A stretch of DNA of 63,488 nucleotides, filler included, from Octopus bimaculoides (GCF_001194135.2; 5 parts of 5 records of this genome joined end to end with filler, not necessarily neighbours in it), one strand, 5' to 3'. Counted from the first letter of the whole stretch, positions 47,682 through 60,395 are shown. Program-made: numbers and translations. The notes: a model not told the origin generated them from the letters alone.

Positions 47682-47800
47682 GCCGGCGAGCTGGCAGAAT
47701 CGTTAGCACGCCGGGCGAAATGCTTAGCGGAATTTCATCTGTCTTTATGTTCTGAGTTCAAATTCCGCCGAGGTCGACTTTGCCTTTCATCCTTTCGGGG
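47682..47800 (+). mobile_element. SINE-B 5' part, young-looking
   Basis: ggcgagctggcagaatcgttagcacgccgggcgaaatgcttagcgg...tttcatcctttcgggg, truncated by (AGAT)n. Confidence 0.9.
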
Positions 47801-48380
47801 TAGATAGATAGATAGATAGATAGATGGATGGATGGATAGACACAGATTTATATATAAATACATAGATTTATAGATAAATAAATTGATAACTAGATGTATA
47901 GATATATTTATAGATAAAGAAAGAGTGAGAGAGAGATAGATAGATAGAGAGAGTGAGAGAAAGAGAGTGCAGTAGCAGCAGTAGCAACCGACTATCTACC
48001 GTTAATTAATCATATTTTGATGTGATTTTTGTGAATATTTTTGCTTACTGTATTTCCTGGCTTCTAACCCGCTACAAGTGATAAGTTGTACCCTATAATT
48101 AGCAAGCTATATCATAGGTAAAACGGTTTTTGATCAATTATGAACATACTGTCAATGATTTATTTTGTGAAAAAAAGAAAAAAAAAATGTCTAATTTACG
48201 ACGAAATAGTTGTTTAGGAAATTTAGTAGATTGCCACCGGACACCTCTGCGAACTGTCTCCATTTACAGGACTTGCAGATACCCCGTGCTGTCGCTTCAG
48301 AGGTTATTGTCAAGTTCCGATTCGTGAATCTCAGTTGTTGTTCTCAATTACGCATGCATGCATGCATACATACATACGGT

Positions 48381-48415
<35 letters not shown>

Positions 48416-48664
48416 NNNNNNNNNNNNNNNNNNNNNNNNNNNNNNNNNNNNNNNNNNNNNNNNNNNNNNNNNNNNNNNNNNNNNNNNNNNNNNNNNNNNN
48501 NNNNNNNNNNNNNNNNNNNNNNNNNNNNNNNNNNNNNNNNNNNNNNNNNNNNNNNNNNNNNNNNNNNNNNNNNNNNNNNNNNNNNNNNNNNNNNNNNNNN
48601 NNNNNNNNNNNNNNNNNNNNNNNNNNNNNNNNNNNNNNNNNNNNNNNNNNNNNNNNNNNNNNNN

Positions 48665-49435
48665 ATGTTCTTCCATCTATCTGGTAGACTTGCAAGGCTC
48701 CTCTTCCAAAATTCACTTGTCCTTCACGAAAAATACTCCTCCAGTACTGTTCTGACCGCGTCTACAAAATTCATATTTTTTCCGTTCAAATGATTTTGAA
48801 GACTGCGGAATAAATGATAATCAGATGGGGAAATGTCTGACGAATGCGTTGGGTGGGGCATCGTTTCCCATTCGAACTGCTCCAGCCTTTGGAACGTCAT
48901 CCTCGCTGTATGTGGCCGAGCATTATCCTGATGGAAGAAGATCTTTCGTCTTGAAACCAGTTTTCTGACTTTTCCAATGACACGCAGGTGTCGATGCGAT
49001 GAATGGTTGAATGACCAAATCCAAGCTCTTCTGCTAGTTCCTCAACAGTTACGATGGGATTTTGTTCCACCAGGGTTTGCAGACGTCCTCGTCGTGCTCT
49101 ACAGATCTTCCAAGACAAGGCTCGTCTTCTAGGCTGTAGCTTCCGGCTCGGAATTTCTAGAACCACCGTTGACATTAATATTCCTCGTACATTCCGTTGC
49201 GTTGTTGCCTTTATTGAACTCGTATAACAAAATATGCAGAATATGCTCCTTTGTCACTTCCATTGTAGCTTTGAAAAAATAACTGTTAAAATAGAACTGT
49301 ACTCTTCAAAACTTGCACTAAGAATAAGGACAAGGTAAAATTACTACTTGCTTTCATAGCAAGTTGATGCAGGTAGTTTATCCCGTCCTCCGCTGACAGC
49401 AAATGAAAAAACCGCATTATTTATGGGATGACCCA

Positions 49436-49436
<1 letters not shown>
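48665..49436 (-). mobile_element. Internally deleted mariner (DD34D)
   Basis: Left TIR TA|TTGGGTCATCCCATAAATAATGCGGTTTTT; MEVTKEHILHILLYEFNKGNNA..; the HTH region is joined directly to FFHQDNARPH...HSSDISPSDYHLFRSLQNHL, so the D1 region is missing. Confidence 0.9.
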
Positions 49437-49479
<43 letters not shown>

Positions 49480-49482
<3 letters not shown>

Positions 49483-49700
49483 TGTGTATCTGTTTCAGCC
49501 ATTGGACTGCGGCCATGCTGTGGCACCGCTTTGAGGGAGGGTTTTGTCGAAGATATCGACCACATTACTTACTTAATTTTTTTAAAGCTTGGTACTGCTT
49601 ATTCTATCGGCACCTGTTTACCGAAGCGCTAAGTTACGAGGACGTAAACAAACCAACATTGGTTTAAAAGCGATGGTAGGGGATAGGGACACAAATACAG
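49480..49700 (-). mobile_element. SINE-A 3' half
   Basis: gactgcggccatgctgtggcaccgc...tattctatcgg..gcgctaagttacgaggacgtaaac. Confidence 0.8.
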
Positions 49701-49849
49701 GACTAACACACGTAGATAATACATCTATACATATACATATACATACATACATACATAAATACGCCTCAGTGTGTGTGTATGTATATTGTGGGCATGTGGT
49801 GCACCCATTTCACTGTTTCTTCTTTTTTGTTTCTAAACAACACTTTTGA

Positions 49850-50225
49850 GGGAATGGGGAAAGCCAGGTCCATTGACCCCCACATTGCTGAACTCGTATT
49901 TATTTCGTTGACCCCTAAGGGATGAAAAGCAAAGTCAACTTTGGCAGAATTTGAACTCGGAACGTAAAGACGGGTCCAATGCCGCTAAGCATTTTGCCCA
50001 GCGTGCTAACGATTCTGCAAGCTTGACGCCTTCAGTCTTATAGCAATAATAATAATAATTCTTTCTACTATAGGCACAAGGCCTGAAATTTGGGGGGAGG
50101 GGGTCAGTCGATTAGATCGACACCAGTACGCAACTGGTACTTAATTTATCGACCCCAAAAAGGATGAAAGCCAAAGTCGACCTCACCGGCTTTTGAACTC
50201 AGACCGTAAAGAACCGGAAACGTCC
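49850..50225 (-). mobile_element. Two SINE-B copies
   Basis: gacccc.aa.ggatgaaa.gcaaagtc.ac...gaatttgaactc blocks, present twice. Confidence 0.85.
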
Positions 50226-50234
50226 CTATTACAT

Positions 50235-50710
50235 TTATTCTTTTACTTGTTTCAGTCATTTGACTGCGGCCATGCTGGGGCACCGCTTTTAGTCGAGCAA
50301 ATCGACCCCAGGACTTATTCTTTGTAAGCCTAGTACTTATTCTATCGGTCTCTTCTTTCCGAACCGCTAAGTTACGGGGACGTAAACACACCAGCATCGG
50401 TTGTCAAGCAATAGTGGGGGGACAAACACAGACACACAAACACACATATATATTTATATATATATATATATATATANNNNNNNNNNNNNNNNNNNNNNNN
50501 NNNNNNNNNNNNNNNNNNNNTTAATTAATTAANNNNNNNNNNNNNNNNNNNNNNNNNNNNNNNNNNNNNNNNNNNNATATATACACGACGATCTTCTTTC
50601 AGTTTCCGTCTCCCAAATCTACTCACAAGGGTTTGGTCGGCCTGAGGCTATAGTATAAGACACTTGCCCAAGGTGTCATGCGGTGGGACTTACCACACAG
50701 CCACTCCTGC
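50235..50710 (-). mobile_element. SINE-A spanning an assembly spacer
   Basis: 3' half lies before and 5' half after the 50477-50576 pad, colinear. Confidence 0.85.
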
Positions 50711-51051
50711 GCCTGTATATATATATATATATATATATACGTATAGATGGAAGTATGTACATGTACGTTTATTTAGGTACGAACTATCTGTTTTTACACC
50801 TGATATCATGTGAACTGTCCGCATGCGCCACTTCAGATACATGTGAGGAAGTATGGTTTGGGTTTCTCAAATATTTACGTGCATACACGCACTAATGCGC
50901 GCGCATATATACACACACACACACACGGACACATACATGCGCACGCGCACGCGCACGCGCACGCGCACGCACACACACACAATTTGGTTTTGTCTGACAT
51001 AATTATTTGGACAAAATGTTAATTCATTTTCTTCACTAAACGGGCTCATTA

Positions 51052-52120
51052 CGAGGCTAGACTGAAAAATTCAATGGCGGACCAAGCAGGAGTGATGCCA
51101 GAGCTGCGAAATCTTTCATACTTTAATTTCAACTCTTCTAATTAATAACAGCATTTCTTTCCAGGTAAACTGACATCTGACTGTTCAAAGAACACTTCAA
51201 AAGTAACTCGTAGCGACTTCCCTTGAAAGTGGGCAAAGCTTGGTATCGTGGTGTTATCAAGTAAGTAAAGAAAGGGGCTAGTACCTAATCATTTTCATGC
51301 TAACATGGTTGCTACATTATGGGACGATGTTCCCGCTTTATCAACAGTCGAAAAGCGGGCAGCTGAACTTAGGGTTAGGGATAGGAGTGTCGTAAAGATC
51401 ACGCAGGGTTTGGACGTCCTACAACTGCCATCACCGAGGAAAATATTGATTGTGTTCACCACATGCTGATGGATCACAAGCAATTAATTGACTATGAATC
51501 AAATAACCAATGCTATTGGAATATCTCATGAGCGAGTTGAGAATATTCCGAACAATGAACTTGGCTTGACGAAAGTTTCTGCTTAGCGGGTGTCACACCT
51601 TCTGACATCTAATCAAAAGCGCACAAGACTCACATCGTGAGAAAATGTGGCATTGTTTGAGACAGATCAAGCTGGTTTCCTTGAACGTTTCCTAATGCAG
51701 GATGAGTGTTAGCGTGATCACTTTGAATCAGAAACAAAGAGATAGTTCATGCAGTTGAAACACTTCGCCTCACCCGCTCCAAAGAAGGCCAAGGGCGTTT
51801 CATTTTCAGGGAAGGTGATGACCTCAGATTTTTGGGATGCAAAAGGCATTGTATTTATTGGACTATCTTCAAAAGGGTCATACCATCAATGGAGAGTACT
51901 ATGCCAACTTGCTGAGGCAGTTACAAATATCTATCAGGAAAATTGACGAAAGAGATCTTATTTCATCGGGACAATGCTCCAACACAAGTCCTTCGTTTCG
52001 ATGGCTGCGGTGTGTGAATGTGGCTTTGAACTGGTTGATCAGCCTCCCTATTTTCCTGATTTGGCCGCATCTGACTATTATATGTTCCTCACCATGAAAA
52101 AAACACTTGGCTTCGAACCA
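51052..52120 (+). mobile_element. mariner, irritans/Himar1-like, pseudogenised
   Basis: TA|CGAGGCTAGACTGAAAAATTC end; SPAPKKAK..SGKVMTSDFWDAKGI..YLQKGHTINGEYYANLL; DNAP.H..; PPYFPDLAASDYYMF; many stops and frameshifts. Confidence 0.9.
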
Positions 52121-52189
52121 AAGCTTCTTCACCAACGGGATACAAGCACTGCAATATCAATGGAAGAAATCTATCTATCTATCTATCTA

Positions 52190-52420
52190 TCTTATTTCTT
52201 TATTGCCCACAAGGGACTACATGAAGGGAACAAACAAGGACAGACAAGGAGATTAAGTTGATTACATCGACCCCAGTGCGTAACTGGTACTTAATTTATC
52301 GACCCCGAAAGGAAGAAAGGCAAAGTCGACCTCGGCGGAAGTTGAACTCAGAACGTAACGACAAACGAAATACCGCTAAGCATTTCGCCTGGCGTGCTAA
52401 CGTTTCTGCCAGCTCGCTGC
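52190..52420 (-). mobile_element. SINE-B, full length
   Basis: Aligns end to end with 28313-28540. Confidence 0.9.
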
Positions 52421-52421
52421 C

Positions 52422-52465
<44 letters not shown>

Positions 52466-52479
52466 GCTAGCTACATACG

Positions 52480-53080
52480 TGAACTTCATTCAGTTTCCGT
52501 CTGCCAAATCCACTCACAAGACTTTGATCGGCCCATGGCTATAGATAGTAGAAGATAATTACCCAAGGTGCCACACAGTGGGACTGAACCTGGAACCATG
52601 TAGTTGGGAAGCAAGCTTCTTACCACAAAGCCACGCCTGCGCCTGTTTAATAATAAATATTTTACAATTTTGTATTTCTGGCTTTCGTGTAATCACTTCG
52701 TCATATTTGACATAGAAATATCTTTAATCTTTTGTCTTTTACTGGTATCAGTCGTGGTACTGGGGTCATATTAGGGCACCACCTAAAAGGTTTTACTCGA
52801 ACAAATTGACCCCTGTGCTTAATTTCTAATATGGTACTGATTCTATCGGTCTCTGTACTGAACTGCCAAGTTAAACTAACACCAGCTGCAAAGTGGTGTG
52901 TGGGTGGGAGGAAGACACACACATACTCATACACACACACACATAAACGACACGCTTCCACAGTTTCCGTCTACCAAATTTACTCGCAAAGAATCGGTCA
53001 GCCCGGGTCTATATTAGAAGATATTCGCCCAAAGGTGTCGCGCAGTGAAACTGAACTTGAAACCACGTGGCTGCCAAACG
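52480..53080 (-). mobile_element. SINE-A 5' half plus a diverged full SINE-A
   Basis: ttcagtttccgtctgccaaatccactcac..ccaaggtgccacacagtgggactgaacc; second, more diverged copy at 52725-53080. Confidence 0.75.
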
Positions 53081-53814
53081 ACCTTCTTATGCACAAATCC
53101 ATGTCGAGAATAACCAAATCTTTTCTAACCATGGCTACCCAATCTTTGTTTTTGTTTTTTTCAGCGTAATATTACACGTATTACATGATCTTATGTATTA
53201 TATTCTTAAGACATTAAGTTTTACGTTTAGAAAGATTTCGTCATTGTTTCTAGCAGATTGAACGACCACAAAGCGGCTCCTGTATTGGCTCGTATATGTT
53301 GTATAAGGACTGAGATAATGAGCATTTTGAATCAGCTTGGAAAATGGTCAAGTATTCTACAGATACGTATAGGCCCAATATTATTCCCAAGTGCAGTGAG
53401 CAAAGCTCAATTACGACAAAGCTGAGCCTACCTTTAAATTATATATACGGTCCTCTCGATGGGCTTCTTCACAGTTTCTGTCCACCCAAATTCATTCATA
53501 TTTCTTGAATGGATCCGAGGATATTGTAAATGTACATGCCGAAAATACACCGCCGTAGGATCCAAACTGGAAGCTCTTGGTTGGAAAGCTAACTTCACAA
53601 CCGCTCAGCCATGCTCATAGCCACAATATAAACTAGTTATGGAGATGACAACTTTGCTGACGGATTTTTATCTCGCAGCTGAAATAACTCGCGTTTAATT
53701 ATATTGTTAATCCCTATGTGGTTAATATGAACAATGCAATTCTCAGTTCCCTTTCTACATAGAATTCGCGATTTGCAATTTGTTATAATATTATTGATGC
53801 TGTCCCGCATTAAT

Positions 53815-53995
53815 GTTAATGCTGATTTCTGCCCTGCAGAAGTTGTTCCGACCGTTTGCGTTCTGAGTTCAAATCCTACTGGAATTAGCTTTGCCTTTGC
53901 CTTTTGTCCTTTCGGGGTTGATAAAATAAACTACCAATCAAACATTTATCGACTAAGCACTTTGCCTAAAAATTGATGAGGCCCTGCTTAAATTA
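53815..53995 (+). mobile_element. Diverged SINE-B
   Basis: ttctgagttcaaatcc...tttgccttttgtcctttcggggttgataaaataaactacc. Confidence 0.7.
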
Positions 53996-54189
53996 CGCCC
54001 CCCACCTCCTCCTCCTCTTATATAATAATATCTGCTGCATTGTGTTCAATTATTCTGTATCTCTGGTTGTAAAAGCCTCTCAGGAGATTTTGGTTTGCCC
54101 GATTTATTTCATATATGATTGTATCATTTGCCTGATGTGTTGTATTCCTTTTTGTGTCTTTCACAAAATAGCCAGGGTATAACTTTCCG

Positions 54190-55900
54190 CTCACTGATTA
54201 AAAAGGCGACACCCGTTGAAGCGTGGAATAAATATCTTAATATCCTTATTCACAGAATTAGTGTTTAGAGTTTTTTCTTGAGAAGACAAACACAACTCAT
54301 CATTTGTTTCTTTAAATTTGGCGCCATTCTCACGATAAATCATGGTCTTGATGTCTTTGTAGAACTGCGCATGTAAGAGCATTTCTCCTAGCATTTTCTT
54401 TCCCAAATTATCATATTTTGGTATACTTCCTCTCCTTCAAGTTTAATGCAGTTCTTGATATTTCTGTGGAACTATACCTGTAACTGCATCTCTTCTAGCG
54501 CTTCCTGTCTTTCGCAAATTATCCTGTTTTCAGATGTTTTATCCTCTTTAAATTCAACTCAATTAAGTCCTAGTTTTATTACAGCTTGTTTGAATAGTTC
54601 TTTCTAACCATTTGCAAAATACTCGTTTACTGAATTTTGCCTTCTATTTACACAATCAGAAATGCTATTAAGTTATCTCCCTTCAATCTTTCATTTCACC
54701 TATAAATGATAGACATGTACCTTTTGGATGAATCACTCTGTGCATAGAGTCCAATCAGTTTTCTTGCACCACGGTAACCGAACGCATTTTAATCGCATCT
54801 ACCAAATTCCTTGAATTAAGTATGGTCTTCAATAAGTTCTGTCCTTTTCAAATACATTGTTTCATCTTTTTTCTATATGCATATCATCAAGTGCTATTAT
54901 GGCTAGATCCATTGTCAACAGGTTCTAAAATCGGTTCTTCTGATTAATTTATTCCACAAAAATGATCATTCTTTCTTCCTTTCATGGCTACAGTAGCATA
55001 TTTTGATATACCAAACTGCATTCCATTAATATTTGCAACACACCTTTACTATCTTAACAAGTGATTTGATCTCTTATTCAGATTTCACAAGTATCCCTAA
55101 ATCATCCATGAACAATAGAAGGCTTAGAAGACTTACATTTCTCCCTAGTTCGTATGTCACTGAGATAAGTATTAACACGATAACTAAGAGGAGACAGAAA
55201 GAGTTACTTAAAGATGACTCTGTTAACTGCTTCACTTCCAAGTGATTTCATGCTCGCCTTCAAATTCCTTTTCCAGTACGTCATCTTAATACTGAGAATG
55301 TTGATGTTTTCATCTACGTCGAGCATTCCAAGTGACACTACTTTCAATGAATGAGACACCACCTTGTAGGTCTTTTTGAAGTCAACCCAAGTTATGCACA
55401 AATAGGTCTGTGGTCGTTTGCAATTCTTCCTTATAATTTTATCAATGTTCCTGCACCCCTTTTGTTCAATAGGTAGTCATTTGTTCTGCTTCAAATTAAG
55501 TTTTCTTAGAAAAACTACGTGTTTGTAACTACCATAACGCTAGCCGAAAATTTTCAAATGCCTTTTCGTTCGCTAGTTTTTTTCTTTCTCAAAGTTGTTT
55601 GTCCCTCAGTTATTCACTCAAGTGTACTTCCTTGTATTACACATTCATTCAAATGATTTCCAGTTTGGTCGTGTAAGAATTTCTAATGTTTCATCCAAAA
55701 TCCTTGGATCCCGTTTGATCCCAAGATTTTCCAATTTGTTAGATAGGATCTTCACATGCTGGCTTTGCTTTTCGTGCTTTATTACAAAAAAAAAAAGAAA
55801 GAAAAAAACCGATAACATCATTTTGTCGGCCAACATTTGGCGTCTCTTGCTTCAGATATCATTCGTTGAAAAGAGGATTAATAAGAGATTAATATTTAAA
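54190..55900 (-). mobile_element. Degenerate R4/Dong RT-region fragment
   Basis: YLTNWKILGSNGIQGFWMKH..LNEC; CITWVDFKKTY..VSHS..; RVIFK; DDL; MLLHAQFYKDI; heavily frameshifted. Confidence 0.8.
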
Positions 55901-56125
55901 CTAATAACTGCTACTAAATGCAACAGATTTGTCCTTTCCGTGATGTCTCTAGTTTCATTTTATACATAATTTCCTGTGTGCGTTCTTTACTAACAGAACA
56001 TTCTGCATTAGAGTGAAATAAATTGTATAACTGATAACTATACATATATTTGATATTTCTGACACTACAGAATATTCTTATCTGCTCTTCTCTTTTGTTT
56101 TCGTTCACCCACACATAGGCGCTCG

Positions 56126-56179
<54 letters not shown>

Positions 56180-56510
56180 NNNNNNNNNNNNNNNNNNNNN
56201 NNNNNNNNNNNNNNNNNNNNNNNNNNNNNNNNNNNNNNNNNNNNNNNNNNNNNNNNNNNNNNNNNNNNNNNNNNNNNNNNNNNNNNNNNNNNNNNNNNNN
56301 NNNNNNNNNNNNNNNNNNNNNNNNNNNNNNNNNNNNNNNNNNNNNNNNNNNNNNNNNNNNNNNTATATATATATTACATATTTATATTTGTATGGATGTA
56401 TATATATATATAGTCTACTGTTCGTGATGGTAAGATCAACAACAAAAGTGCTGCATCTGGTAAGAGATGAATATTATTTAATAAACACAATATATGTTTT
56501 TATGTGCCAC

Positions 56511-56679
56511 TATTAGTTTCATATCATGAGAGCATGCCAGACAGTATGTTTAACACGTCTGATGTCTCAGTACAATCTTCAGGCACAATCTTCAGGCACT
56601 GAAGTGTCTGGAGATTGTGTTGAGATACCAGACATATTAAAAATACTGTCTGACATGCTCTCATCGCATAAAACTAATA
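56511..56679. repeat. Foldback hairpin or TA-flanked MITE-like palindrome
   Basis: 75-nt arms 56512-56586 / 56604-56678 with 14 mismatches (12 transitions); 17-nt loop; TA at both ends. Confidence 0.85.
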
Positions 56680-56705
56680 AAACTAATTTTGTTTTTTTAG
56701 TGTTT

Positions 56706-56774
<69 letters not shown>

Positions 56775-57117
56775 NNNNNNNNNNNNNNNNNNNNNNNNNN
56801 NNNNNNNNNNNNNNNNNNNNNNNNNNNNNNNNNNNNNNNNNNNNNNNNNNNNNNNNNNNNNNNNNNNNNNNNNNNNNNNNNNNNNNNNNNNNNNNNNNNN
56901 NNNNNNNNNNNNNNNNNNNNNNNNNNNNNNNNNNNNNNNNNNNNNNNNNNNNNNNNNNNNNNNNNNNNNNNNNNNNNNNNNNNNNNNNNNNNNNNNNNNN
57001 NNNNNNNNNNNNNNNNNNNNNNNNNNNNNNNNNNNNNNNNNNNNNNNNNNNNNNNNNNNNNNNNNNNNNNNNNNNNNNNNNNNNNNNNNNNNNNNNNNNN
57101 NNNNNNNNCAAATATTA

Positions 57118-57330
57118 CTATATGTTCTTTTCTGCTCTAGGCATAAGGCTCGAAATTTGGGGGGAGTGGGCCAGTCGATTAGATCAACCTCAGTACGCAA
57201 CTGGTACTTAATTTATCGACCCCGAAAAAATGAAAGGCAAAGTCGACCTCGGTGGAATTTGAACTCAAAACGTAAAGACAGACGAAATACCGTTAAGCAC
57301 TTCGCCTGGTGTGCTACCGTTTCTGCTCTA
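57118..57330 (-). mobile_element. SINE-B
   Basis: aactggtacttaatttatcgaccccgaaa..atgaaaggcaaagtcgacctcgg. Confidence 0.88.
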
Positions 57331-57442
57331 CGACCATTTCATCATCTGACATATGGCACAAGGTGCTCCTGTATAGGTAAGGTCGATTTGATGGAGGGAG
57401 TGAGCTTGCAGAACCCTCATACGTCGTATAACGACAGAAGAG

Positions 57443-57700
57443 TATGTATGTATGTATGTATGCATGTATGCATGTATGTATGTATGCATGTATGTATGTA
57501 TGTATGTATGTATGCATGTATGTATGTCTGTATGTATGTATGCATGTATGTAGGTACGTATGTATGTATGTATGCATGTATGTATGTATGTATGTATGTA
57601 TGTGTGGTTGTGTATGTATGTATATATGTATGTATGTATGCATGCATGTATGTATGGATGTATGTATATTTATTTATTTATTTATTTATTTATTTATATA
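57443..57700. repeat. (TATG)n followed by (TATT)n
   Basis: Directly visible. Confidence 0.95.
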
Positions 57701-58018
57701 CAACTAACAGAGGGATTGTGGTTCACTACAGCTGTTTCAGACGTGATTTGTTATTGATGAATAGAAATGTCACATCATGCAAAAAAGAAGAAAAAAGATG
57801 TTTTCATCAGGTGAAATCATTTTAAACAGATAGTTTAACAGAATTTTGGTCGGCAGAGTCAAGAAAGCAATTTGTACTAATTATTGAGAGGCTGATCTCT
57901 TAAAGGGATTTCAGAACTAGCATTTTTGCTTGTTGCAAAATCCGCCACTGTGTGTTCGCTTGAAATCTGTATATTGCAAGCAGAAGTGAGCTGCAATCAT
58001 TCCTAGCAGACGCAGTAT

Positions 58019-58069
58019 CCAGTACTGAGGAGTGGCAGAAATAGCCCGAAACCAGAACTGTTATGCTGG
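58019..58069 (+). ncRNA. Type I hammerhead ribozyme-like motif
   Basis: CCAGTA-CTGAGGA-G-T-GGC agaaata GCC-C-GAAA-CCAG aa CTGTT-A-TGCTGG; 6-bp stem I (one G.U), one mismatch at 15.2-16.2. Confidence 0.6.
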
Positions 58070-58214
58070 TCCCGTCGGTAGAAGATGGTAGGGGTTCGCT
58101 CCGTTGCTCGCAATTTTATCAGATGCATCTGTGCATCGTTAACCATCTAGAAGAGATGTCTTCTTGGGGTTAAAAAATCTCAGTAGGGTCCTCTCGAACG
58201 GAGAGCAATGTCAA

Positions 58215-59520
58215 AGTGTCTACGAATATTATATACGTTTGGTCTGCTTGATTGGACGCTTGATGAGATCCGAGCCATTGATGTGAAAACCCGAAAAATA
58301 CTAACAGGCACACATAATTTTCACATAAACAGTGACGTAGACCGCCTCTACCTAAAACGAAACCAAGGCGACAGTGGCTTAACATCGATCCAAAATGCCT
58401 TTGAATGTCACATCATATCCATTCGGAAACCGCCATGTGTCGAAGTGCATCCCTTGACCAAGTTTGCATACTTGAGGTTCATAACATCATAAGACTTGGA
58501 AGGCAGCTCCTTAGCAATACTCTTTGTCTGATAACTTAGAATACATGCCCAAAGAAGTCGCACGACTCTACCGCAACGTATCATCAGATGAAAGGATGAG
58601 CCTATATGAACAGAAGACTATGCACGGATATGTTAGTAGAAAGCTCGGTGATGATAGTAACATTCATCATCAATCATGGACCAATAGCCTCATTACTACC
58701 TACCATTTTGAAGGGTATGCGTTTGCAATTCAGGAACAGGAAATATCAACCAAGTACATGATGCACAGATGGGACAGAAATGCAGGAAAAACCGTAAAAT
58801 GTGACAACCGATGCACACTTTGTGGAGTTCATACTGAAGATATCACCCACATCATAAGCAGTTGTACGAAAATGTCATCAAGGTATTATCTTACGATGAG
58901 ACATGATGCTGTAGCTAGGACACTCTATAATGAAATCCATCGGAAGGATAATCCCGAGGACAAAGAATTAAGAACCCACAATATAGTAGAAGCCATAGCC
59001 ACTCATATTGAAAAGGAATACTGGTGGAATGTCCCAGTGAAGACCTCGATAAAATATAAGCAAAACAGACCTGATATAATGATTTGGGATAGAGAAGAGG
59101 AACTGTGCACAGTTGTGGAAATTAGCTGCCCAGCCGATGTTAACATAAAACTGAAGATGAGTGAGAACACCTATGCTGAGCTATTGAGAAATCTGCAGTT
59201 ACTCTATTCAGATTATAAGTTCAGGTTTATACCTGTAACTATTGGGGCCCCTGAGATATATAATACACTGCCTAAATACCAATCTTGAGAAATTAGGCTT
59301 CTCAAGACCAGAAAGGAGGAAGCTAATTCGAAGTCAACAGATCCAATCCATCACTGGAACTGTAAAAATCTGTAAAACTTTCCAAAAGTTTATCATTTAA
59401 ATAATATATGAGCATGTCTAGACATGCAACTATATGCATGAGAATACATACGTAAAATATACAAATCTGCACATACATACATACATACATACATACATAC
59501 ATACATACATACATACATAC
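58215..59520 (+). mobile_element. R4/Dong-clade retrotransposon 3' 1.25 kb with (TACA)n tail, copy 2
   Basis: DWTLDEIRAIDVKTRKILT; MHGY; EGYAFAIQEQEI; CTLCGVHTEDITHIISSC (CCHC); RHDAVA; RPDIMIWD...VEISCPAD (RLE); (TACA)n at 59471-59520. Confidence 0.93.
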
Positions 59521-59622
59521 CCTGTTGTTGATGCTGAAATTCCAATGAAGGAGCCTTGGATCTCGGTTAGAAAACGGTTCTTTTTATTTTGGCAAGAAAT
59601 CTTGAAATAAACTGAAGAATGG
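59521..59622 (+). repeat. 102-bp non-repetitive unit flanked on both sides by (TACA)n
   Basis: TACA arrays at 59471-59520 and about 59623-59651; likely the 3' end of another retroposon (inference). Confidence 0.55.
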
Positions 59623-59689
59623 CATACATACTTACATACATACATACTTACATGGGATCGGTAGTTGCCACCTGCTACAGGTTGATATT

Positions 59690-60045
59690 AAATAGTGACT
59701 GTCATTGGCTGAAGATACGATCCATGATATTTGTTACTTTTTGAGCCGCATCTATAGCACAGCTTGCACGATTGATCTCCCGTTTTCTAGTAAGAAACTG
59801 ATTCCTGTAAAAGTTTTTGTAAAAAAAAGTAACGTTCGCATAAATATCAGTATTAAACTAATAACTTGCAATTTGTCCCTTAGTTCAAATCTTGTCTAAA
59901 AGAAAGCAGTGGCTTTTGGCAATATGTGGCAATAAAAAGCATGACTACCAACCACAGTTTATTCTGAAGAACACGAACTGTTCCCGTGTGACACACGAGC
60001 ATTCTACGAAAAGGGATCCTATTCATGCTGACTTGATCGTACAAA
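59690..60045 (-). mobile_element. Possible highly degenerate RTE-type LINE fragment
   Basis: Weak frameshifted resemblance (HIAKATAF..KIWTKGQI....IY....LL...ISW) to the RTE thumb region. Confidence 0.4.
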
Positions 60046-60051
60046 ATATTG

Positions 60052-60395
60052 TTGTTGGCACTCCGTCGCTTACGACGCCGAGGATTCCATCCTGCTCGTG
60101 AAATTAACGTGCAAGTGGCTGAGCACTCCACAGACACGTGTACTCTTAACGTAGTTCTCAGGGATATTCAGCGTGACAGTGTGGCAAGGCTGGCCCTTTC
60201 AATTACAGGCACAACAGAAACAGGAAGAGTGAGAGAAAGTTGTGGTGAAAGAGTACAGCAGGGTTCGCCACGTGGAGCCTCGTGGAGCTTTAAGTGTTTT
60301 CGCCCAATAAACACTCACAACGCCCGGTCTGGGAATTGAAACCGCGATCCTATGACCACGAGTCCGCTGCCCTAACCACTGGGCCATTGCGCCTT
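60052..60395 (-). mobile_element. SINE-D, full length
   Basis: Head aaggcgcaatggcccagtggttagggcagc..ggtttcaattccc; body and (CAA) tail. Confidence 0.9.

Noticed and set aside
51368-51380. TTAGGGTTAGGG inside the irritans-like mariner
   Set aside because: Only two units within decayed transposase coding sequence; compatible with chance.
58150-58215. HDV-like ribozyme at the R4/Dong 5' junction (ctctc-gaacg-gagag hairpin then CAA)
   Set aside because: Only a P4-like hairpin is evident; I could not build P1, P2 and P3 with the required G1 and L3.
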